DNA of 64,000 nt from Burkholderiales bacterium (GTDB lineage: Bacteria > Pseudomonadota > Gammaproteobacteria > Burkholderiales > SG8-41). Where the stretch lies: positions 2,579 to 66,578 of the forward strand of contig JBFWOE010000002.1 in assembly GCA_050250695.1 (NCBI GenBank), in the 5' to 3' direction. The notes under the pieces are model-generated. The model was not told where the DNA came from. It saw nothing but the letters and a program-made list of their open reading frames with translations, and did not search any database. Positions 31,659 to 41,723 of the stretch are shown piece by piece. Position 1 is the first letter of the stretch. Every line of letters starts with the position of its first letter. The translations under genes were made by a program, and so were the position numbers.

Positions 31659-32210
31659 GCTCGGTCCGTTTCAACAGTTGATGGCTGACTTGCCCGGCGC
31701 GCCCGCGCTTGACTGTTTCCCATCCCGGCAGGGCATCCAGCGGCCGCGCGCGTTCACAGTAAACCAGTCCGCCGGCCGTCAGGCAATCCGGCAAAAGCGA
31801 CAGCAGCCGTGCCCAGCAATCGTCGGCGAACGGCGGATCAAGGAACACCACGTCAAAGCGAGCGCCTTGATTTTTCAGGAATTCTAACGCATCGGCACGC
31901 ACCACTTCCACAGCAGCGGCGCCCAGCATGGCCGCATTCGCCTGCAGGGCGCGCACCGCCAGCGGGTCGCGTTCCACCATCACTACGCGACGTGCACCGC
32001 GCGACGCCGCTTCGAAACCAAGCGCGCCGCTGCCGGCATACAGGTCGAGGCAGTCCCTGCCGTCGAGATCCTGCCCCAGCCAGTTGAACAGGGTTTCGCG
32101 CACACGATCCGGAGTCGGCCGCAGGCCGGGACGATCGGGAAAACGGATGCGGCGGCTGCGCCAGGCGCCGCCGATGATCCGCACCGCGCCCCCTTTCATG
32201 GCCGTGCCGG

Positions 32211-33563
32211 TTATCGCGCGACCTGCACGGTATCGGTCCGGTCCTTGTCCGCGCCGACCACCACGGTGACCAGCCGGTCCGGATCGACGCGCCGGGCAAA
32301 GGCGGACCTGATGTCCTCGAGCGTGACCCGTTCGACATTACCGACAAAATCCTCCAGGTAACCGAGCGGCAGGTTGTAGAACCCGATGAAACCCAGGTAC
32401 TCGTGGATTTTGCGGTTGCTGTCGATGCGCATCGGAAAACCGCCGATGATGTTCTGCTTCGCCGACTGCAGCTCGGCCGCCGTCGGTCCCCTGTCGACAA
32501 AATCACGCAACGTCCTGCGCACCACCTCCAGCGCGGCATCGGCCTGGTCGCGCCGGGTCTGCATGCCGATGATGAAAGGACCGCGCGCGCGCAACGGCGA
32601 GAAATAGCTGTACGCCGAGTAGGCAAGGCCGCGTTTCTGCCGCACCTCTTCGTTGATGCGCGACACGAAACCACCCCCGCCGAGGATGTGGTTGCCGACG
32701 AGGATCGCAAAATAGTCGGGGTCGTCGCGGCGGATGCCGGGCGCTCCGATCAGGATATGGCTTTGGGTGGCCGGGTGGGCAACCACGCGGGTGATCCCGT
32801 CCTGCAGCGGCGGCACCGGCGGCGGCGGCGGCACTTTGCCGTCCGCGCGCGGCAGGCCGCGCGTCAGCTGCTCTGCGATGGCTTCGGCCTCCGCCCGCGT
32901 CACATCGCCCATGATCGCAACGACAGCCTGGTCCGCCAGGTAATGACTGCGATAGAAATCCAGCAGATCATCCCGCCGCAGCCGGCTGACCGAATCGACT
33001 TCACCACTGGTCCGCAAGGAATATGGATGGTCGCGATAAACCAGTTGGTAAAACATCCTCGAGGCCTGGGTGTCAGGTTTCAGGTCCCCTTCCTTCAGCG
33101 CACCGAGCAGCCGCACCTTTTCCCGTTCCAGCACGGCTTCGGGAAACTCGGGTGCGCTCAGGATCCGCGTCATCACGTCCAGCGCCTGAGTGCGGCGCGG
33201 CACATCGGAGAGCGTGCGCAGCGAAAATCCCGCGCGATCAGTCTCGAAGCGGCCGCCGAGCGCGGCGCCGACGTCGGCGAGCCGGCGTGCGATTTCATCC
33301 TCGTGCAGTCCACCGGCACCAAGCCGCAGCAGACCGTTGGTCATCCCCGCGGTCCCGGAACGCGCCCTGCTGTCGTATACCGAACCGGCGGGAAAATCGA
33401 CGGAAACGTCCAGTATCGGCAACCCGCGGCTGGCGACGAACAAAACCCTCGCCCCCGAAGAAGTCCGCCACTGTTCGATCGGCAATATGGCGTGCGCCAG
33501 TTGCGCCGCGGCCAGCAGCAGCAAGGCAACACCGGTCCGCACCATCGGGATATTAACGGCCAT
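32211..33563 (-). CDS. M16 (pitrilysin/insulinase) family peptidase subunit, probably non-catalytic
   Basis: Signal peptide after ATG 33563. M16 N/C domains, but no clear HxxEH inverted zinc motif seen. Paired with the upstream M16 gene. Confidence 0.75.
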   Translation of the reverse strand: MAVNIPMVRTGVALLLLAAAQLAHAILPIEQWRTSSGARVLFVASRGLPILDVSVDFPAGSVYDSRARSGTAGMTNGLLRLGAGGLHEDEIARRLADVGAALGGRFETDRAGFSLRTLSDVPRRTQALDVMTRILSAPEFPEAVLEREKVRLLGALKEGDLKPDTQASRMFYQLVYRDHPYSLRTSGEVDSVSRLRRDDLLDFYRSHYLADQAVVAIMGDVTRAEAEAIAEQLTRGLPRADGKVPPPPPVPPLQDGITRVVAHPATQSHILIGAPGIRRDDPDYFAILVGNHILGGGGFVSRINEEVRQKRGLAYSAYSYFSPLRARGPFIIGMQTRRDQADAALEVVRRTLRDFVDRGPTAAELQSAKQNIIGGFPMRIDSNRKIHEYLGFIGFYNLPLGYLEDFVGNVERVTLEDIRSAFARRVDPDRLVTVVVGADKDRTDTVQVAR

Positions 33564-34941
33564 GACGGGCTCCCGCGGGCAGCGCAGCGCGCACCGGCAC
33601 ACCGGACAATGGCTGCGGATCAAGGTGGGCCACGGTCAGGCGGTCATCAACCAGATACTTGCGCGCGACTTCGCGCACCTGCTCCACCGTGACCTGCTGC
33701 AGTTTTTCCAGGAACAGGTCCAGGTCGCGATGGGAAAACCCGATGACCTCCATCCAGCCGATCTGCCGTGCCTGGAAAAACATCGAATCGCGCTGATAAA
33801 CCTTGGCTGCGACCGCCTGCGCCTTGACGCGGTCCAGTTCTTCCGGGGTTACGCCTTCATCGACGATGCGCCGTATTTCCCGGCGCAGCCCCTGCTCCAC
33901 CTCCTCCGCAGTGCGCCCGGATACCGGCGACCCGCTGAGGTAGAAAAATGCCGGGCCGCGCCCGATGCCGTCGTAACCCGCGCTCGCTGATGTTGCCACC
34001 CGGTCCGTTTTCACCAGCGTCCGCGGCAGACGCGCCGCGGCGTTTCCGCTCAACACGCTCTCCAGCATGTCGAGCGCATAAGGTTCCCAGTCCGCAGCGG
34101 GTTTCGCCAGCCTCGGCACCCGGTAAGCCATCAGTACATAGGGCAGTTCCGCCGGCGCCTTGACGACCATCCGTTTCATGCCGAGCTGCTGCGGCTCCTC
34201 CTGCGGTTTGCGCGGCGGCAGCTGCTTGCGCGGAATGGGGCCGAAATGCCGTTCCGCAAGCGCAAACACCTCTTCGGGAACCACGTCGCCGACCACCACC
34301 AGCGTGGCGTTGTTGGGCGCATACCACTGCTCGTAAAACCTGCGCGTATCCTCCAGGGTCAGGCTCTCCAGATCGCTCATCCAGCCGATGACCGGGTTGC
34401 GGTAGGGATGCGCGGTCAGGGCGTTGGCGATCAGGCGCTCATAGACGACTGCATGCGGGCGGTCATCGGTGCGCAACCGCCGCTCTTCCATCACCACCTT
34501 GAGCTCCTTGGCGAATTCTTCCGGCGACAGCACCAGGTTGGCCATGCGATCGGCCTCCAGCCGGATCGCCAGCGGCAGCGCGGATTTGTGCAGGGTCTGG
34601 AAATATCCCGTGTAATCACGGCCGGTGAACGCGTTTTCGCGCCCTCCGGCCGCGGCAATCAGCTTCGAAAACTCGCCGGGACCGACCGTCCGCGTACCCT
34701 TGAACATCATGTGTTCGAGCACATGTGCAACACCGGTGGCGCCGTTGTGTTCGTCCATGCTGCCGATGCGGTACCACACCATGTTGACGGCCACCGGTGC
34801 GCGACGGTCGATTTTGACGACGATGCGCATGCCATTGGCCAGTTCGCGGGTTGATACATCATCCGCAGGTTCCGCAGCCTGGGCAAGAGCCTGGATGACG
34901 GCGAAACCTGCCGCCGCCAGTATAGTGATCAGTGGTTTCAT
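33553..34941 (-). CDS. M16 family zinc peptidase subunit (HxxEH present)
   Basis: ATG 34941 (MKPLITILAAAGFAVIQALAQA signal peptide). Inverted zinc motif HVLEHMMFKGT. Confidence 0.8.
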   Translation of the reverse strand: MKPLITILAAAGFAVIQALAQAAEPADDVSTRELANGMRIVVKIDRRAPVAVNMVWYRIGSMDEHNGATGVAHVLEHMMFKGTRTVGPGEFSKLIAAAGGRENAFTGRDYTGYFQTLHKSALPLAIRLEADRMANLVLSPEEFAKELKVVMEERRLRTDDRPHAVVYERLIANALTAHPYRNPVIGWMSDLESLTLEDTRRFYEQWYAPNNATLVVVGDVVPEEVFALAERHFGPIPRKQLPPRKPQEEPQQLGMKRMVVKAPAELPYVLMAYRVPRLAKPAADWEPYALDMLESVLSGNAAARLPRTLVKTDRVATSASAGYDGIGRGPAFFYLSGSPVSGRTAEEVEQGLRREIRRIVDEGVTPEELDRVKAQAVAAKVYQRDSMFFQARQIGWMEVIGFSHRDLDLFLEKLQQVTVEQVREVARKYLVDDRLTVAHLDPQPLSGVPVRAALPAGARHGR

Positions 34942-35074
34942 GATTCCCTGTTTACGCAAGACGCTGCCGCCCGCCCGAAGGCTTCGCCGGCGGCGACGCC
35001 CTGTTAGAATTGTAACCAATCCATCCCGATTGCCCTGCGCACAACATCGCGCTCCTGCTCAGACTGCTTCTTTC

Positions 35075-36043
35075 ATGTTTGGTTTCAGCAAAAAAAACGA
35101 ATCCGGCAATTCCCCCGCCACGGGCTGGCTGGGACGCCTGAAGCAGGGACTGAGCAAGAGCCGCGCCCAGTTCGGCGCCCGGCTGTCAGGGCTCTTCGGA
35201 ACCGGGCGCAAGCTCGACGAAGGATTCTACGAGGAACTGGAAACCGTGCTGCTGACCGCCGATGTCGGCATCGCGGCAACCACCCGCCTGCTGGACACCC
35301 TGCGCGAGCGTGCGCGCCGCGAACGTTACGGCGATGCCGCGCAATTGCGCGACGCCCTGCGGGAAGCCCTGCTCGAATTGCTGGAACCCGTCGCGCAGCC
35401 GCTGGATGTCGACAGCAGGCACCCGTTCGTGATCATGCTCGCCGGCGTCAACGGTGCCGGCAAAACCACCTCGATCGGAAAACTCGCCCACTATTTCCAG
35501 GGCCGCGGCAAATCGGTGCTGCTGGCGGCGGGCGACACTTTCAGGGCGGCGGCACGGGAGCAACTGGCGGCCTGGGGCGAACGCAACAACGTGACCGTGA
35601 TCTCGCAATCGACGGGTGATGCCGCGGCGGTGATTTTCGACGCCATCACGGCCGCGCGCGCGCGCGGCATCGACGTCGTGCTTGCGGATACGGCGGGCCG
35701 CCTGCCCACGCAGCTGCATCTGATGGACGAGATCCGCAAGGTCAAGCGGGTCATCGACAAGGCCATGCCCGGCGCACCGCATGAAGTGCTGCTGGTGCTC
35801 GACGCCAACACCGGGCAGAACGCGCTGGCTCAGGTCGCAGCATTCGACGCGGCGATCGGCGTCACCGGGCTGACGCTGACCAAACTCGACGGCACCGCCA
35901 AGGGCGGTGTCATTGCGGCCATCGCCTGCGCACGCGCCGGCGGCAAAACCATCCCCGTGCGTTTCATCGGCGTCGGCGAAGGCCTGGACGACCTGCGTCC
36001 TTTTGTCGCCGCGGATTTTGTCTCGGCCCTGCTCGACGCGTGA
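35075..36043 (+). CDS. ftsY: signal recognition particle receptor FtsY
   Basis: ATG 35075 (MFGFSKKN...). NG domain with GVNGAGKTTSIGKLA, DTAGR and TKLDGTAKGG. The upstream part of the 472-aa ORF is non-homologous. Confidence 0.9.
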   Translation: MFGFSKKNESGNSPATGWLGRLKQGLSKSRAQFGARLSGLFGTGRKLDEGFYEELETVLLTADVGIAATTRLLDTLRERARRERYGDAAQLRDALREALLELLEPVAQPLDVDSRHPFVIMLAGVNGAGKTTSIGKLAHYFQGRGKSVLLAAGDTFRAAAREQLAAWGERNNVTVISQSTGDAAAVIFDAITAARARGIDVVLADTAGRLPTQLHLMDEIRKVKRVIDKAMPGAPHEVLLVLDANTGQNALAQVAAFDAAIGVTGLTLTKLDGTAKGGVIAAIACARAGGKTIPVRFIGVGEGLDDLRPFVAADFVSALLDA

Positions 36044-36699
36044 CCCGGATTTCCCTCAGCCGCGTCTGCAAGCGTTATCCCGGCGGGCACGAAGCGCTGG
36101 CCGACATCTCCCTCAGCATAGAAGCCGGTGAACTGGTGTTCATCACCGGGCATTCCGGCGCGGGGAAAAGCACCCTGCTCAAGCTGATGGCGGCGATCGA
36201 ACGCCCGACCTCGGGATCGGTCATCGTCAACGGCCAGAACGTGGGTACGTTGCGGGCACAGGGCATACCGTTCCTGCGCCGCAATTTCGGCCTGGTATTC
36301 CAGGACCACAAGCTGTTGTTCGACCGCAATGCCTTCGAGAACGTTATGCTGCCGCTGGACATCACCGGCTTCGATCGTCGCGAAGGCGCGCGCCGTGCAC
36401 GGGCCGCGCTCGACAAGGTTGGCCTGCTGCACCGGGAGAAGGCGCGGCCGATCACGCTCTCCGGCGGCGAACAGCAGAGGCTGTGCATCGCCCGCGCGAT
36501 CGTGCACCGTCCGGCAATACTGCTTGCCGACGAACCCACCGGCAACCTGGATGCCGAATACGCCGCCGGCATCGGCTCGCTGTTCCGCGATTTCAACCAG
36601 GTCGGGGTCACCGTCGTGCTCGCCACCCATGACACGCAGCTGGCTGAACGACTGCAGCCGCGGCAGATCGAAATCCGCGGCGGCAGGCTGGTCGCATGA
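36040..36699 (+). CDS. ftsE: cell-division ABC ATPase FtsE
   Basis: GTG overlaps the ftsY stop (GTGA). Walker A GHSGAGKST, signature LSGGEQQR and Walker B LLADEPTGNLD. Confidence 0.9.
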   Translation: MTRISLSRVCKRYPGGHEALADISLSIEAGELVFITGHSGAGKSTLLKLMAAIERPTSGSVIVNGQNVGTLRAQGIPFLRRNFGLVFQDHKLLFDRNAFENVMLPLDITGFDRREGARRARAALDKVGLLHREKARPITLSGGEQQRLCIARAIVHRPAILLADEPTGNLDAEYAAGIGSLFRDFNQVGVTVVLATHDTQLAERLQPRQIEIRGGRLVA

Positions 36700-37604
36700 A
36701 AAGCTGGCTCGCCGCCCATCGTCGCGCTTGCGCAGGCGCGTTTGCGCGTATGGCGGCTTCACCGCTGGCAAATCTGCTCAATATCGCGGTCATCAGCATC
36801 GCGCTGGCGCTGCCGCTGGGCCTCTACGTAATGCTCGTCAATCTGCAGGGCCTTGCGCGCGATTTTTCACCACAACCACAAGTCAGCATTTTCATGGCGC
36901 AGGACGCGACGGATGGTGATGCGCGTGCCATCGAAAAACGCCTGCGCAACCATTCCGGAGTCTCCGGATTCCGCTTTGTCGGCAAGGCGCAGGCCCTGGC
37001 CTCGCTGCGATCGCGCGCGGGTCTCGGTGACGTCATCGCCGGCTTGCGCGACAACCCCCTGCCCGACGCCTTCGTTGTCACCGGCGGCGGACGCACGGCT
37101 GCGTCACTGGAAACGCTGCGCATGGAATTCGCCGGCTGGCCCAAAGTCGCCGAGGTGCATGTCGATTCGGACTGGGCGCGGCGTCTGGACCGGTTGCTCG
37201 CCCTCGGCCGCACCGTGGTGATGATGCTCGGCGCCGCGCTGGCGCTGGCCCTGGTCGCCGTCACCTTCAACACCATCCGCCTGCAGATCCTGACCCAGCG
37301 TGACGAAATCGAGGTCATCCGTCTTATCGGCGCGACCGATGCCTACATCCAGCGGCCTTACCTTTATTTCGGAGGAGCGGTAGGGGCTGCCGGCGGGATC
37401 GCGGCCTGGCTGATGATCTGGATCGGACTGCGGCTGCTCAACGCCCAGCTGCAGCCGCTGGCTGAACTCTACGGGATTCCGCTGCAACTGGCGCATCTGG
37501 CCTGGGCCGACAGCCTCTATGCGCTGCTGTTCGCGGCAACACTGGGCTGGGGGGGTGCCTGGCTCTCGGTACGTCGGCATCTCTCAGCCCAAGAAACTCA
37601 ATAA
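36696..37604 (+). CDS. ftsX: cell-division permease-like protein FtsX
   Basis: ATGA overlap with ftsE. Four TM helices and a periplasmic domain. Conserved ftsYEX order. Confidence 0.85.
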   Translation: MKSWLAAHRRACAGAFARMAASPLANLLNIAVISIALALPLGLYVMLVNLQGLARDFSPQPQVSIFMAQDATDGDARAIEKRLRNHSGVSGFRFVGKAQALASLRSRAGLGDVIAGLRDNPLPDAFVVTGGGRTAASLETLRMEFAGWPKVAEVHVDSDWARRLDRLLALGRTVVMMLGAALALALVAVTFNTIRLQILTQRDEIEVIRLIGATDAYIQRPYLYFGGAVGAAGGIAAWLMIWIGLRLLNAQLQPLAELYGIPLQLAHLAWADSLYALLFAATLGWGGAWLSVRRHLSAQETQ

Positions 37605-37642
37605 CTATATGTTTTTAAACAATTTATTTTCCAGTCGGAGCG

Positions 37643-37671
37643 GGAACCCAGGACGGATTTGGCACTCTTAT
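37643..37671 (+). promoter_or_regulatory. candidate sigma-E (RpoE/AlgU-type) promoter upstream of rpoH
   Basis: GGAACC-N16-TCTTAT, compared with the E. coli rpoH P3 pattern GAACTT-N16-TCTGAT. It lies about 40 nt upstream of the rpoH ATG. This is a motif match only. Confidence 0.35.
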
Positions 37672-37710
37672 GCAGAGAGTGCTAGACTTGTTTTCATGAA
37701 GGATACGACC

Positions 37711-38568
37711 ATGAGCATGAGCGCATTTGCATTGCCGGTGCCCTCGGCCGCGGGCAGCCTCGAGAGCTACATCCAGGCGGTCAACCGCTTTCCGCTGCTC
37801 ACCCAGGAGCAGGAAACCGAGTATGCGCGCCGTCTGCGCGACACCGGGGACCTAGAGGCCGCGCGACACTTGGTGCTGTCCCACCTGCGCCTGGTGGTTT
37901 CCATCGCCCGCAGCTACACCGGCTACGGCCTGCCGCAGGCGGACCTGATCCAGGAAGGCAACATCGGCCTGATGAAAGCCGTCAAGCGGTTCGATCCGGA
38001 GCGCGGCGTACGCCTCGTGTCGTTCGCCATGCACTGGATACGCGCCGAAATCCACGAATTCGTGTTGCGCAACTGGCGGCTGGTGAAAATCGCCACCACC
38101 AAGGCGCAGCGCAAGCTGTTTTTCAACCTGCGCAGCATGAAGCAGGGGCTGGGCACGCTGGGTGCCGACGAAGTGCGCAACATGGCGCGCCAGCTCGGGG
38201 TCAAGCCGGAAGAGGTCGTTGAAATGGAAACCCGTCTCGGCGGCCAGGACATGACGCTGGAACCGGCAGGCGACGATGAGCGCGAACAATATGCGCCGAT
38301 CGCCTACCTTGCTGCCGACGATGCCGAACCGGCTGCCCTGCTCGAAGCGGAGCAGACCGCCCGCCTGCGCGGCGCAGGCCTGGAGCAGGCACTGGCCAGT
38401 CTCGACGCGCGCAGCCGGCGCATCATCGAAGCCCGCTGGCTCACCGAGAAGGAGTCCGCCACGCTGCATGACCTGGCGGCGGAATTCGGCGTGTCCGCGG
38501 AGCGCATCCGCCAGATCGAAGCCAAGGCGCTGGGCAAAATGAAAACGCTGATCGCTGCCGCAAGCTGA
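37711..38568 (+). CDS. rpoH: RNA polymerase heat-shock sigma factor RpoH (sigma-32)
   Basis: Near-colinear with E. coli RpoH, including the RpoB... 'RpoH box' region QRKLFFNLR and GYGLPQADLIQEGNIGLMKAV. ATG 37711 was chosen (AGGA 7 nt upstream, 285 aa). ATG 37696 is an alternative. Confidence 0.9.
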   Translation: MSMSAFALPVPSAAGSLESYIQAVNRFPLLTQEQETEYARRLRDTGDLEAARHLVLSHLRLVVSIARSYTGYGLPQADLIQEGNIGLMKAVKRFDPERGVRLVSFAMHWIRAEIHEFVLRNWRLVKIATTKAQRKLFFNLRSMKQGLGTLGADEVRNMARQLGVKPEEVVEMETRLGGQDMTLEPAGDDEREQYAPIAYLAADDAEPAALLEAEQTARLRGAGLEQALASLDARSRRIIEARWLTEKESATLHDLAAEFGVSAERIRQIEAKALGKMKTLIAAAS

Positions 38569-38583
38569 TTTGCCTCAACCTGC

Positions 38584-38615
38584 AAAAAGCCCCGGTCAAC
38601 CGCCGGGGCTTTTTT
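38584..38615. terminator. bidirectional rho-independent terminator (rpoH / sco convergent)
   Basis: AAAAAGCCCCGG-TCAACCG-CCGGGGCTTTTTT. Confidence 0.6.
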
Positions 38616-38638
38616 GTTGCCTTCTTCCGGCCGGCGGC

Positions 38639-39220
38639 TTATTTCAGCAGCAGGCGGATGTCATGCAGCAACGCTGGCGCGCCGGCGCCGTACTGTGCAT
38701 ACAGCCGCAGCCGCCCCTGGTCATCGAGAATGTAGGTGCCGGCGGAATGATCCATGGTGTAGGCGCCGCCAGGCAGGTTCTGGCGCTGGAAAAAAATCTT
38801 GAACTCCTTCGCCGTACGTGCGATGTCCTCGGGGCTTCCGGTCATGCCGAGAAACGACGGATGAAACGCCGGCACATACTGCTTGAGCACTGCCGGTGTG
38901 TCGCGCCCGGGATCGACGGTGACAAACAGCACCTGTACGCGACCGGCATCGCCGCCAAGCTCCTTCATCACCAGCGCCATCTCACCCAGCGTCGTCGGAC
39001 AGACATCGGGACAGTGCGTGAAACCGAAAAAAACCGTGACCACTTTGCCCTTGAAATCGGCCAGTGTGCGACGCTGTCCGTTGTGATCGGTCAGAGCCAG
39101 TTCCTTGCCGAAGGAGGCGCCGGTCACATCGGTCAGCTTGAAGCGCGGTGCATCGTCATTGCCGGAGCAGCCGGCCAGTACGCTCATGGCCAGGCAGGCC
39201 GCCGCGAGGAAAAGTTTCAT
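38639..39220 (-). CDS. SCO1/SenC family copper chaperone
   Basis: Lipobox LAGC, thioredoxin fold with the FTHCPDVCPTT CxxxC motif and a distal MDHS histidine. Confidence 0.85.
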   Translation of the reverse strand: MKLFLAAACLAMSVLAGCSGNDDAPRFKLTDVTGASFGKELALTDHNGQRRTLADFKGKVVTVFFGFTHCPDVCPTTLGEMALVMKELGGDAGRVQVLFVTVDPGRDTPAVLKQYVPAFHPSFLGMTGSPEDIARTAKEFKIFFQRQNLPGGAYTMDHSAGTYILDDQGRLRLYAQYGAGAPALLHDIRLLLK

Positions 39221-39226
39221 CCGGGA

Positions 39227-40129
39227 TCAGAAAAACAGCTGCAGATAGTGATCAACCAGCAACGCCGCAAAAATCAGTGTCAGGTAGAGGATCGAATAGC
39301 GGAAGGTGCGCCGCGCCAGCGCATCGCTGTAATCGGTGTAGATCTTTACTGCGTAGTACATGAACACCACGCCCAGCGCCAGCGCGGATACGAGATAAAC
39401 CATGCCGCTCATGCGGCTGACGAAAGGCAGCACCGAACAGGCCAGCAGGATGATGGTGTACAGCAGCACATGCAGGCGCGTGAACTTGTCGCCATGCGTG
39501 ACCGGCAGCATGGGCACCCCGGCTTTTGCATACTCGTGTTTGCGGTACAGCGCCAGCGCCCAGAAATGCGGCGGAGTCCAGGCGAAAATGATCAGGAACA
39601 GGGTCAGCGCCTGCGGCGTGACATCTCCGGTCACGGCGGCCCAGCCCAGCACCGGCGGCATGGCGCCGGAGGCGCCGCCGATGACGATGTTCTGCGGCGT
39701 CATCGGCTTGAGGATGACCGTGTAGATGATCGCGTAACCGACGAACGTCGCCAGTGTCAGCCACATGGTCAGCGCATTGACCCAATGGTACAGCAGCACC
39801 AGGCCGATGCCGCCGACCACGCCCGAAAAAACCAGCGTCTCGAGCGAACCCAGCTGGCCGCGCGGCAGCGGCCGCGCCTGGGTGCGCAGCATCAGCGCAT
39901 CGATTTTCTGCTCGACCAGGCAGTTCACCGCCGCTGCAGCGCCCGCCACCAGCGCAATGCCCAGGGTTGCGGCGAAGAGGATGGTCACCGGCACCATGCC
40001 CGGCGTGGCCAGAAACATGCCGATCACCGCGGTAAACACGATCAGCGACACCACGCGCGGCTTGGTCAGCGCGTAGAACTGCTGGATGCGGGAAATCAGC
40101 GGTGTGCGGGCGACGGTGGTGGACATCAC
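39227..40129 (-). CDS. ctaB: protoheme IX farnesyltransferase (heme O synthase)
   Basis: UbiA-family polytopic protein ([28 protein letters not shown]). Confidence 0.9.
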   Translation of the reverse strand: MMSTTVARTPLISRIQQFYALTKPRVVSLIVFTAVIGMFLATPGMVPVTILFAATLGIALVAGAAAAVNCLVEQKIDALMLRTQARPLPRGQLGSLETLVFSGVVGGIGLVLLYHWVNALTMWLTLATFVGYAIIYTVILKPMTPQNIVIGGASGAMPPVLGWAAVTGDVTPQALTLFLIIFAWTPPHFWALALYRKHEYAKAGVPMLPVTHGDKFTRLHVLLYTIILLACSVLPFVSRMSGMVYLVSALALGVVFMYYAVKIYTDYSDALARRTFRYSILYLTLIFAALLVDHYLQLFF

Positions 40130-41115
40130 GGGGTGCGGCTCGGAAGAAGGACGAAGTTTATCACCACCATGGTGAGCAATAAAATCGCGGCACCGGCATT
40201 GTGCGCTGCGGCCACCAGCAGCGGGAGTCCCGCCAGGATGTTGGCTATGCCCAGCGCCACCTGGGCGCAGAGCGCGGCCAGCAATACCGCGCCGTAACGC
40301 AGCAGTCCGTATGCGCGCAGCAGCACCAATGCAAAAGCGCCAACATACAGAAATGTCAGCAGCGCACCAACGCGATGGGTCCAGTGTATCGCCGTGATCG
40401 CGTCATAGCTGAGGTGGGTGCCGGCCGCGGTCATGCCCAGTTCGCGTACCAGCTGGAAGCCATGGCGAAAATCCATCTGCGGCATCCACTCGCCGTGGCA
40501 GGTCGGAAAATCCACGCAGGCCAGCGCGGCATAGTTGGTCGACACCCAGCCGCCCAGGGCGATCTGCGCGATCACGACCAGCAGCGCGAGCACCGCCCAG
40601 GGACGCAATCGCAGCGCGGACGCCGCGTTGACCGGGGGCAGTTTCTGCTGGCGTAACGCCAGCCAGGCGAGCAATGCCAGTATTGCCAGTCCGCCCAGCA
40701 GGTGCAGCGTGACAATCACCGGCTTCAGCAGCAGCGTCACGGTCCACATACCCAGTGCCGCCTGCAGGATCACCAGCGCCAGCACCGATGTCGCGAGCAG
40801 TGGCGATTGTCGCAACTCCGCACGCCACACCCAGGCCATCACTGCTATCACCAGTATCAGCAGGCCGAGCCCGCCGGCGATGTAGCGGTGGAACATTTCC
40901 TTCCATGCCTTGCCCAGTGACACCGGTCCGTGTGTCCCACCCTGCTCTTCGACCGCGCGCGCGATGTCGTCGCGAGCGTGATGCGGCGTCAGTTCGCCAT
41001 AACATCCCGGCCAGTCCGGACAACCCAGTCCGGCATCCGTCAGCCGTACGTACGCACCCACCACCACCACCACAAAGGTGTACAGCACTGCCAGCCAGAC
41101 CAGTTTGCGGTACAT
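40126..41115 (-). CDS. ctaA: heme A synthase (COX15/CtaA)
   Basis: Eight TM helices with conserved His residues and the [10 protein letters not shown] motif. 4-nt overlap with ctaB. Confidence 0.85.
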   Translation of the reverse strand: MYRKLVWLAVLYTFVVVVVGAYVRLTDAGLGCPDWPGCYGELTPHHARDDIARAVEEQGGTHGPVSLGKAWKEMFHRYIAGGLGLLILVIAVMAWVWRAELRQSPLLATSVLALVILQAALGMWTVTLLLKPVIVTLHLLGGLAILALLAWLALRQQKLPPVNAASALRLRPWAVLALLVVIAQIALGGWVSTNYAALACVDFPTCHGEWMPQMDFRHGFQLVRELGMTAAGTHLSYDAITAIHWTHRVGALLTFLYVGAFALVLLRAYGLLRYGAVLLAALCAQVALGIANILAGLPLLVAAAHNAGAAILLLTMVVINFVLLPSRTP

Positions 41116-41147
41116 AAAATACTCAATAAAAACAGATATTTATAATG

Positions 41148-41723
41148 TCATCCGATGCGCGAAACCTTGAGCAGCCGCTCGAGGTCCTTCTTCATGCGTG
41201 AAGGATCGGCGTCGCGCGGGTAACGCAGGATCACGTTGCCCAGCGGATCAACGAGGTAGATGTGGTCGGTGTGCGCGCCGGCATGCGGCAGGGCATCAAG
41301 CAGCGCCTTGTGTCCGCCGGCTATCATCCAGGTGCCGGCGTACTCCGTGCCCAGCCGCTGCGCCGGCCTGCCGCCGCCGGTCACCAGCCAGACGCGTTCG
41401 ATCCGTTCCGGGTACTTGCCCTGGGTCTTGCGCACCTGGCGGATCTGCCACAGCTTCTTCTCGCAATAGGCATCGCATGCCGCATCGTCGATGGTGATGA
41501 ACACCCATTTGCCTTCGAGCCGGGCCAGCGGAAAATCATTGCCGTCCGCCAGCTTGAGCGTCACCGGCGGCAGCCGCCTGCCCTCGATGAGGTCGCCATA
41601 GTTGATCCGGCCTTCGGGCTGGTAGAAATAATACGCGGCGAACGAAGCCACGAACGGCGCGATGCACACCACCGCGATCAGCCACAACGTCCTGCGGCTG
41701 TTAGGTGGTGCGTCGTTTGACAT
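41148..41723 (-). CDS. membrane-anchored Sco-like thioredoxin-fold protein (CxxxC)
   Basis: N-terminal TM helix. WVFITIDDAACDAYCEKKL (CxxxC) and a distal HTDHIYLVDPLGN, paralleling the FTHCPDVC ... MDHSAGTYILD layout of the canonical Sco at 38639-39220. Confidence 0.55.
   Translation of the reverse strand: MSNDAPPNSRRTLWLIAVVCIAPFVASFAAYYFYQPEGRINYGDLIEGRRLPPVTLKLADGNDFPLARLEGKWVFITIDDAACDAYCEKKLWQIRQVRKTQGKYPERIERVWLVTGGGRPAQRLGTEYAGTWMIAGGHKALLDALPHAGAHTDHIYLVDPLGNVILRYPRDADPSRMKKDLERLLKVSRIG

Noticed and set aside
37660-37674. Sigma-54-like TGGCAC-N5-TGCA upstream of rpoH.
   Set aside because: The GG-to-GC spacing is one nucleotide short of the consensus (N9 instead of N10). The same bases fit better as the spacer and -10 element of a sigma-E-type promoter.
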